Of a DNA stretch of 64,000 nt, positions 57,644 through 64,000 are shown in pieces. Positions within the stretch are counted from its first letter, which is position 1. Each line of letters starts with the position of its first letter. Position numbers and translations under genes: made by a program. The notes below the pieces were generated by a model. It was not told the origin of the DNA. It saw only the letters and a list, made by a program, of their open reading frames with translations, and searched no databases. Source of the stretch: an uncultured Beijerinckiaceae bacterium (GTDB lineage Bacteria; Pseudomonadota; Alphaproteobacteria; Rhizobiales; Beijerinckiaceae); assembly GCA_964243435.1 (NCBI GenBank), contig CAXTFM010000002.1, positions 10,021 to 74,020 on the forward strand. Reading direction: 5' to 3'.

Positions 57644-59656
57644 ATGAGGCGGCGTCTCCTCGGCCTTGGCGTCGCGGTCTCCTGCGCAGGCTTGGCGGGC
57701 GTGGCCGTCGACCAGCTCTGCCCGCCCGACCTGTCGCGGCTCCGGCCCTCGCCCGTCCTTCTCGACCGGCACGGCGCGATCCTGCGCGCCCTGCGCACCG
57801 GTGACGGGCAATGGCGCCTACCCGTCGAGCCGGCCGCGGTGTCGCCGAACTACCTCCGCCTGCTCGTCGCGACGGAGGACAAGCGCTTCCGCTGGCATCC
57901 CGGCATCGACCCCCTGGCCTTGTTGCGCGCCGCAGGCCAACTCGTCACGCGGGGGCGCATCGTGTCGGGGGGCTCGACGCTGACCATGCAGCTCGTCCGC
58001 CTGCTCGAGCCGCGCCCGCGCACCTTGCGCTCCAAGCTGATCGAGTGCTTCCGTGCCATCCAGCTCGAGGGCCGGATGGGCAAGGACGCGATCCTGCGCG
58101 CCTACCTCGTCCTGACGCCGATGGGTGGCAACCTCGAAGGCGTGCGCGCCGGTTCGCTTGCCTGGTTCGGCAAGGAGCCGCGCGCGCTCAGCGACGCCGA
58201 GGCGGCGCTGCTCGTGGCCCTGCCGCAGGCGCCCCGCGCGAACCGGCCCGACCGCCATCCCGACCGTGCGAGGGCGGTGCGCGACCGGGTGCTCGCCCGC
58301 GCCGCCGGCCCCGAGGCGGACCGGGCGGCGCCGGTGCCGGCGCGGCGCCTGCCCCTGCCGTTCCTCGCGCCCCACCTCGCCGACAGGCTGCTCACCCGGC
58401 GTTCCGACGATGCCCCCGCGACGACGACGATCGATGCCCGCACGCAGGCAGCGATCGAGCGCACCCTGCGGCGCAGCCTCGACGGGCTGCCGCGCCCGCT
58501 CAACGTCGCGGCGCTCGTCGCCGATTGGCACACCGGCGAGATCCTGGCGCGGGCCGGGAGCGGCGACTACGCCGACGCGGCGCGGCGCGGCGGCATCGAC
58601 ATGACGATGGCGCTGCGCTCGCCCGGCTCGACGCTGAAGCCGTTCATCTACGGCATGGGGTTCGATGCCCTGCTCGCCCATCCCGACAGCCTCGTGCCGG
58701 ACGAGCCGACGCGGTTCGACGACTACGCGCCCCGCGACTTCGACGGCGGCTTCCACGGCGACACCACCGTGCGCCGTGCCCTCCACGCATCCTTGAACCT
58801 GCCGGCGGTGGTGATGTTGCGGCGGCTCGGCCCCGTGCGCTTCGCCGCCCGGTTCCGCGCGGCCGGGTTGCCGCTCGCCTTCGACGACGCCACGGCGGCG
58901 CCGAGCCTGCCCCTCGCGCTCGGCGGCGTCGGGATCAGCCTGGAGGGTCTGGTGACCGCCTACGCCGCCCTCGCCGACGGCGGCACCGCGCGACCGCTCG
59001 TCGAGCGCACCGGCGTGCCGCGCCCGCCCGTGACCGGCCGGCTGCTCGGCCGGCCCGCGGCGGATGCGGTGGTGGACATCCTCGCCGGCATGCCTCCGCC
59101 CGCCGGGCTGGCTTCGCGGGCCGGGCGCCTCGCCTTCAAGACGGGCACGTCCTACCGCTTCCGCGACGGCTGGGCGGTCGGCTTCGACGGCGCCCGTGTC
59201 GTCGGCACCTGGATCGGCCGCGCCGACGGGGGCACCTGCCGCGCCTGCGTCGGCTCAGGCGCGGCAGGCCTGCTGTTCCGCCTGTTCGACGACATGGCGC
59301 CGCAACCACTGCCCCCGCGAACGCTGACGCCCTTCTTCGCCGCCCCGCCGCCGCCGGCGCTCGCCAGGGTGGCCTCGTCCGACCCGGCGGGCGCCATGCT
59401 CGGGCCGCGCATCGCCTTCCCGCTCGCCGGCGCGCGCCTTCTGGTGGATGCCGCGGCACCCGACATCGCCTTAAGCGTCACGGGCGGGCGCCGCCCCTAT
59501 CGCTGGACGGTCGACGGGCATCCTCTCGACGGCCGGCCCTTCGCCCGCGACGCCTCATGGCGCCCGGACGGTCCCGGCTTCTCGACGATCAGCGTCAGTG
59601 ACGCGGACGGCCGCACCGACCAGATCAAGGTTCGCGTCAGCCAGGGTGAGCACTAG
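57644..59656 (+). CDS. pbpC: Penicillin-binding protein 1C
   Basis: TG motifs EDKRF..HPGID and GGSTLTMQL; TP motifs STLK, SLN, KTGTS; C-terminal beta domain; conserved pairing with alpha-2-macroglobulin. Confidence 0.93.
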   Translation: MRRRLLGLGVAVSCAGLAGVAVDQLCPPDLSRLRPSPVLLDRHGAILRALRTGDGQWRLPVEPAAVSPNYLRLLVATEDKRFRWHPGIDPLALLRAAGQLVTRGRIVSGGSTLTMQLVRLLEPRPRTLRSKLIECFRAIQLEGRMGKDAILRAYLVLTPMGGNLEGVRAGSLAWFGKEPRALSDAEAALLVALPQAPRANRPDRHPDRARAVRDRVLARAAGPEADRAAPVPARRLPLPFLAPHLADRLLTRRSDDAPATTTIDARTQAAIERTLRRSLDGLPRPLNVAALVADWHTGEILARAGSGDYADAARRGGIDMTMALRSPGSTLKPFIYGMGFDALLAHPDSLVPDEPTRFDDYAPRDFDGGFHGDTTVRRALHASLNLPAVVMLRRLGPVRFAARFRAAGLPLAFDDATAAPSLPLALGGVGISLEGLVTAYAALADGGTARPLVERTGVPRPPVTGRLLGRPAADAVVDILAGMPPPAGLASRAGRLAFKTGTSYRFRDGWAVGFDGARVVGTWIGRADGGTCRACVGSGAAGLLFRLFDDMAPQPLPPRTLTPFFAAPPPPALARVASSDPAGAMLGPRIAFPLAGARLLVDAAAPDIALSVTGGRRPYRWTVDGHPLDGRPFARDASWRPDGPGFSTISVSDADGRTDQIKVRVSQGEH

Positions 59657-59821
59657 ACCGTTTCTGGCTGGCGTGTCGTCACGTCCCGCGTTGGCGAGGT
59701 CACGTCGGCACGTGCCAAACTTTAGTCGCCACGCGACACGGCCGGCCCTTGGATACCGTCACGCGCTGCCAAACCTGCCTGCGCGCCACATCGGGCCGGT
59801 CCCGCTCGGCTTTCGGGTCGC

Positions 59822-60592
59822 CTACAGCGGACTGCGCGCCGGGTCGTCAATCGTCAGGATCGTTCCCGACGTGTAGGCGGAGCGCGCGGAGGCGAGGAAG
59901 GCGACGGCGTTGGCGATCTCCTCCGCCGCCGCCGGACGCCCGAACGCCATGCTTTTGAACGCGTCCCGCCAGCGCTCGGGATCGCCGCACTCGCGTGCCG
60001 CGCGCGCGCGCAGCAGCGCCTCGATGCGGTCCGTCGCCACGGGGCCGGGGTTGATGCCGACGACCCGCATCCCGTCGCGCGGCGCGGTGGCGCCGAGCGC
60101 GCGGGTGAAGGCCATCAGCGCGGCGTTGCCGGTGCTCCCGGCGATGTAGTTCGGATCGAAGCGCTCGCCGGCCGAGCCGATGATGTTGACAACGACGCCC
60201 CGGCGTTCCTTCAAGCGCGGGTACAGCGCACGCGCAAGCGCGATGTAGCCGAACACCTTGAGGTCCCACGCCGCACGCCAGGCGGCCTCCCCGATCGTGT
60301 GGAGGTCGCCGGGCGGGATGGCGCCGGCATTGTTGACCAGGATGTCGAGCGCCCCGGCCTCGGCCGCGACCCGCTCGATGTCCTCCGCACGGGACAGGTC
60401 GGCCGCGAGCACCGCGACGGACACCTGCCGTCGCTCCCGGATGCGCGATGCGACGCGCTCCAATCCGTCGGCACCGCGCGCCACGAGGACGAGGTCGCAC
60501 CCTTCCTCGGCGAGCAGCGCGGCGGTGGCCTGTCCGATGCCCTTGGATGCGCCGGTGACCAGCGCGCGTTTCCCGGCGAGGTAAAGGTCCAT
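59822..60592 (-). CDS. Short-chain dehydrogenase/reductase
   Basis: TGASKGIG, LVNNAGAIP.G, WDLKVFGYI, INPGPVATDR; the usual YxxxK reads YIAGS..N. Confidence 0.88.
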   Translation of the reverse strand: MDLYLAGKRALVTGASKGIGQATAALLAEEGCDLVLVARGADGLERVASRIRERRQVSVAVLAADLSRAEDIERVAAEAGALDILVNNAGAIPPGDLHTIGEAAWRAAWDLKVFGYIALARALYPRLKERRGVVVNIIGSAGERFDPNYIAGSTGNAALMAFTRALGATAPRDGMRVVGINPGPVATDRIEALLRARAARECGDPERWRDAFKSMAFGRPAAAEEIANAVAFLASARSAYTSGTILTIDDPARSPL

Positions 60593-60745
60593 GGTCGACT
60601 CCGTCGCTCGCCTTCGTGTGCAGCCCGAACCCGCGCGACGCAAGGGCGTCGACGACCCGGGCCATCGGGCAGACAAGCCGGGCCGGCCCGCATCACGCGA
60701 CGACTGGCAGGCTCCTGGCCCCGTCATCTCGTGCCGGATGACGCG

Positions 60746-61792
60746 TCAGTTCCCCGGCATGTTGGCGACCACGGGAATGAAGTATTCCTTCCAATCCTTG
60801 GGCGGCTGCTTCAAAAGGCCGATCTCGTGGAAATGGTCCACCACGAGCTTGATGCCGAAGGGCGTGGTTGAAAAGATGGTGCCGGGCTCCTTCATGATCT
60901 CGACGAGCTCGGCCGGGGGCGTCGGGTCCTTGGTGGCGGCGACGTAGTCCTTGGCCGCCTGGAGCGGGTCCTTGGCGATCATCGCGTCGGCCTCGTCGAG
61001 CGCGGCGACGATGGCCTCGGCGAGCTTCGGCTGGCGTGTGTACCAGGAACTGCGGCCGTAGAGCAGCCCGTTGCTCATCGGCGTGCCGAGCACCTCGAAG
61101 GAGTTGATGACCTTGTGAATGGCCGGGTCTTTCAGCTCGCGCTGCTGGAACGGCGGCAGCGAGAAGTGGCTGTTGACCTCGCTTTTCGGGTTGGCGATCG
61201 CCGCGACAGCGTCGGGGTGCCCGAGCTGCACGGTCAGCGCGTCGAGCTTGGTCGCGCCCCCCGGCCCGAAAACCTTGCGTGAGGCGATCTGCAGCGCCAC
61301 CGCCTGCGAGGAGATTTTCACGGAAGGAAGCGCGATCTTGTCCTTGGCGGTGAAGTCCGCGAGTGTCTTCACGTCGGGGTTGCGGGTCAGCAGGATCAGC
61401 GGCGAGGTGCCGACCCCGCAGATGCCCTTGATCTCGCCACGCGTCTTCTCGTTGATGAGCAGCATGTTGGTGGAACCGCTGTCGACGAGATCGAGCGAGC
61501 CGGACAGCAGCGCGTCGTTGCCGGCGGCGCCGCTGGTCAGGTTGATGAAGTCGGCGGTGACGCCGGCGAGGCCCTTCGCCGCCGCGTGCTTCTCGATCAG
61601 CTTGTGGTACTCGACGAGCACCATCGGGAGGTACACGAAGCCGGGCTGCCGGCTGATGCGCACCCGCTCGCCATCGGCATGGGCCGGACCGAGAAGCGGC
61701 ACCACGATCCCCAGCAGCAGGCACGCGGTGGTCAGAACGCGTTTGCTCCCGCCAATCCGCCGCCGGCGCGCGCGCGATGCAGCCACCATCAT
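60746..61792 (-). CDS. NitT/TauT family substrate-binding protein (orphan)
   Basis: Signal peptide ending AHA, RISRQPG..YLP, NDALLSGSLD, KIALP.VK.SSQA, HPDA; GGAGG RBS. Confidence 0.88.
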   Translation of the reverse strand: MMVAASRARRRRIGGSKRVLTTACLLLGIVVPLLGPAHADGERVRISRQPGFVYLPMVLVEYHKLIEKHAAAKGLAGVTADFINLTSGAAGNDALLSGSLDLVDSGSTNMLLINEKTRGEIKGICGVGTSPLILLTRNPDVKTLADFTAKDKIALPSVKISSQAVALQIASRKVFGPGGATKLDALTVQLGHPDAVAAIANPKSEVNSHFSLPPFQQRELKDPAIHKVINSFEVLGTPMSNGLLYGRSSWYTRQPKLAEAIVAALDEADAMIAKDPLQAAKDYVAATKDPTPPAELVEIMKEPGTIFSTTPFGIKLVVDHFHEIGLLKQPPKDWKEYFIPVVANMPGN

Positions 61793-61909
61793 CCGTTCCT
61801 CCCCGTGCCGCCCGTGCGTTCGCATCGCGCGGGTCGTTCACGCACATCTAGCCGGTCCGGGTGCCGCAGGCGAGAAGGTGTTCGGCCGAGGCGAGGAACG
61901 CCGCGCCGT

Positions 61910-62506
61910 TCAGCGGGCGGCGGAGGGCGAGCCGAACAGCCGGTCCTGGAAGTCCCGCACCGCGCTGCCGAAATCGAGGGTGTTGTCGACCATTTCGCGA
62001 AGGTAGGAGATCGCGCTGGGCGGGCGGGCGATCAGGTGGCCGGTGACGTCGTCGCGCTCGAAGGCGAGGTCGGCGTGGAACTTGTGCGCCAAGCTCAGCA
62101 TGGCCCGGTTGGTGCGCAGGCAGAAGATCGTCAGTTCGGACACCCGGCGGTTGCGGGCGGCGAGCACCAGGTGGCTCATCAGCTCGGTCCCGATGCCGCG
62201 CCGGCGCCACGGCGTTTCCACGCTGAAGGCCGCCTCGGCGTTTTTGCACAACGGCTTGCCCGGCGCGTCGAACGTGCGCAGCTCGGCCGCGCCACGCATC
62301 ATCCCGTCCTCGAAGGAGCCGTAGACCAAGGCACCAGGCTTGAAGCACAGCTCCGCATAGTTCTCGAGGTAATCGTCCGACACTTGAAGACCGAAGCGAT
62401 TGTAACGCGTGTCCGGGTCGAGGCGGGTCAGGTGCGCGGCGAACGCGGGCAGGTCCGGCCTGTAAAGCCGCCGCGCGGCATGGGTGTGGAAGATGGTCTC
62501 GACCAT
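61910..62506 (-). CDS. GNAT family N-acetyltransferase
   Basis: HL.RLD..TRYNRF, AEAAFSVE..WRRRGIGTELM, N.AM..LA.K. Confidence 0.88.
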   Translation of the reverse strand: MVETIFHTHAARRLYRPDLPAFAAHLTRLDPDTRYNRFGLQVSDDYLENYAELCFKPGALVYGSFEDGMMRGAAELRTFDAPGKPLCKNAEAAFSVETPWRRRGIGTELMSHLVLAARNRRVSELTIFCLRTNRAMLSLAHKFHADLAFERDDVTGHLIARPPSAISYLREMVDNTLDFGSAVRDFQDRLFGSPSAAR

Positions 62507-62669
62507 GGACGACGCTCCAGTTCAGGCCTCCCGTCCGCCCGGTTGCATCCGGATCATTGCTTACATGTCGGGCGCTATGCCCGGCCCCGCAATCGGAAGG
62601 CGCGCATGGCTGACCCGCAGCGTCCTGCCCAGAATAGGACGATGTAGTTAAGACGGCGCCTCGCCAGGC

Positions 62670-63698
62670 TCAGGCGAACTGCTTGGACAGCTTCAAGCCC
62701 TGACCCTGGTAGTTCGAGCGGGTCCCGGCGCCGTAGAGCCAATCCGGTCGCTCGACGAGGGACTCGTAGCGCAGCGTGGCCACGCGCTGCCCGTGGTCGA
62801 GCAGGAAAGGCACGTCGTGGCTGCGCACCTCCAGCACGATGCGGCTGCCGGCGCCGCCCGCCTCCGCGAGCCCGAAGCCGGGGTCGAGGAAGCCGGCGTA
62901 GTGCGAGCGCAACTCGCCGACGGCGGTGTCGTAGGCGACCATCTCCGCCGCCTCGACCGCGCCGACCACCACCGCCTCGTTGGAGGCGAGGATGTAGAAG
63001 TCGTCGGGGTCGAGTACGAGTTCGCGGCGCCCCGCCGGCGGCCGCACCGGCTCCCAGAAGGCGTCGCGCGCGTGGGCGCCGATGCCGGCCATGTCGATCA
63101 GGCCCGAAGTGCGCCGGGCGCGGTAGCCGACGATGCCGTCGGGCTTGCCGGCGGGGTCGAGGTCCACGGTGACGGGCACGATCCGCGCGGCGTCGGTCGG
63201 TTCCGTCCCGCTGCCGCGCAGCCGCAACTGCGCGAGGCGGCTGCCGCAGGCGGCGATCACCGGGAACGAGCGCGGCACCACCTCGGCGTAGAGCGGCCCC
63301 TCGTAGCCGGCGGGGATCTCGTCGAAGGTGGCGCCGCCATCAACGATGACCCGCACGAAGATATCGAGACGGCCGGAGGAGCTTTTAGGATTGGCGCGCG
63401 CGTCGACCTCGGCCGGCAGGCGCAGCCCTTCGAGCAGCGGGATGATGTGAACGCAGTTGCGCTCGAGCACGGTCGGCCGCGACAGGTCGACCTCATGGGT
63501 CGACAGCTCGGCGAGGCGGTCGGCGACGCTGCGGCCGGGGCCGGGAAGAAAGCTCGCCGGCACGCGGTAGGCGCGCGAACCGAGCCGCAGGTCGAGGCTC
63601 GCCGGCTGGATCTGGTCCGGCTCCACCGGCGGCGTCGCCTTGACGTGGCCGACGGCGACGGCGTGCCTGATGCGCTGCGACGGCCAGATCAGGGACAT
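62670..63698 (-). CDS. dcd: 2'-deoxycytidine 5'-triphosphate deaminase (alphaproteobacterial type)
   Basis: QIQPASLDLRLG, ANPKSSSGRLDIF, YEGPLYAE, FYILAS.E, HYAGFLDPGFG, LEVRSHDVPF, SNYQGQGLKLSK.F. Confidence 0.92.
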   Translation of the reverse strand: MSLIWPSQRIRHAVAVGHVKATPPVEPDQIQPASLDLRLGSRAYRVPASFLPGPGRSVADRLAELSTHEVDLSRPTVLERNCVHIIPLLEGLRLPAEVDARANPKSSSGRLDIFVRVIVDGGATFDEIPAGYEGPLYAEVVPRSFPVIAACGSRLAQLRLRGSGTEPTDAARIVPVTVDLDPAGKPDGIVGYRARRTSGLIDMAGIGAHARDAFWEPVRPPAGRRELVLDPDDFYILASNEAVVVGAVEAAEMVAYDTAVGELRSHYAGFLDPGFGLAEAGGAGSRIVLEVRSHDVPFLLDHGQRVATLRYESLVERPDWLYGAGTRSNYQGQGLKLSKQFA

Positions 63699-63738
63699 GG
63701 GGGCGAGGCTCCCGGACGGGACGTGCGGGAAGCGGCGT

Positions 63739-64000
63739 TCACCCGGCCTCGCCGTCGATGCCGCTGCCGTGCCATATCAGGTGCTCCAGCAGGTCGGCGG
63801 TGCGCGCCACCGAGGCGCGGATGCTTTCGAGCAGGCGCGGCGTGTCGTCGAGCTCGGCGCCACCCGTGACCGCCAGGGCGGCGAGACGGGCGTTCTCGGC
63901 GACGGCGTCGTAGGCCGCGCCGAACTCGTCGCCGCCGCCATGGCCGGCCCGCGGCGACCCGAGGTCGAACATGTCGTCGTCGAGCGCACGGCGTGCGGCC
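63739..64000 (-). CDS. Hypothetical protein, probably 5'-truncated by the window edge
   Basis: Frame of ORF 63739..63972 stays open to the window end, with GC-rich third positions; lies co-oriented just upstream of dcd. Confidence 0.5.
   Translation of the reverse strand, partial: AARRALDDDMFDLGSPRAGHGGGDEFGAAYDAVAENARLAALAVTGGAELDDTPRLLESIRASVARTADLLEHLIWHGSGIDGEAG

Noticed and set aside
52903-57798. 1631-aa minus-strand ORF
   Set aside because: Antisense shadow of alpha-2-macroglobulin in very high GC DNA, with no recognisable motifs.
1-64000. CRISPR array, rRNA or anti-phage defence genes
   Set aside because: No regularly spaced repeats, rRNA-like sequence or recognisable cas, restriction or toxin genes were seen.

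Overview
Very GC-rich alphaproteobacterial chromosome segment. Hyphomicrobiales/Rhizobiales is inferred from the podJ-like, pdhS-like, Flp pilin and alphaproteobacterial-type dCTP deaminase genes. 1-12.2 kb is core genome: hemD-hemC, DUF952-pyrD, a PdhS-type sensor whose phospho-accepting His is replaced by Gln, glycerate kinase, podJ-like, a MerR regulator and tRNA-Pro(CGG). Downstream of the tRNA is a patchwork of accessory-looking modules: a CPA1 antiporter, TetR plus a TetX-like monooxygenase with twin operators, a lone Flp pilin overlapping a CHASE2-PAS-GGDEF gene, purU, a NitT/TauT ABC system, stress-type SDRs/esterase/GH15 with EcfG-like promoters, a CoA-transferase/ChrA/Mo-enzyme cluster and a sugar-acid catabolic cluster. 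The larC-larE-larB nickel-pincer nucleotide (NPN) cofactor operon has no larA in the window and instead ends in a Tat-signal aldo-keto reductase; this is the best candidate for an unusual system. It is followed by alpha-2-macroglobulin/pbpC, an SDR, a substrate-binding protein, a GNAT and dcd. No CRISPR array, rRNA, integrase or transposase was recognised. All calls come from reading motifs by eye, with no database search, and several start codons were moved from the ORF track to the more plausible internal start.
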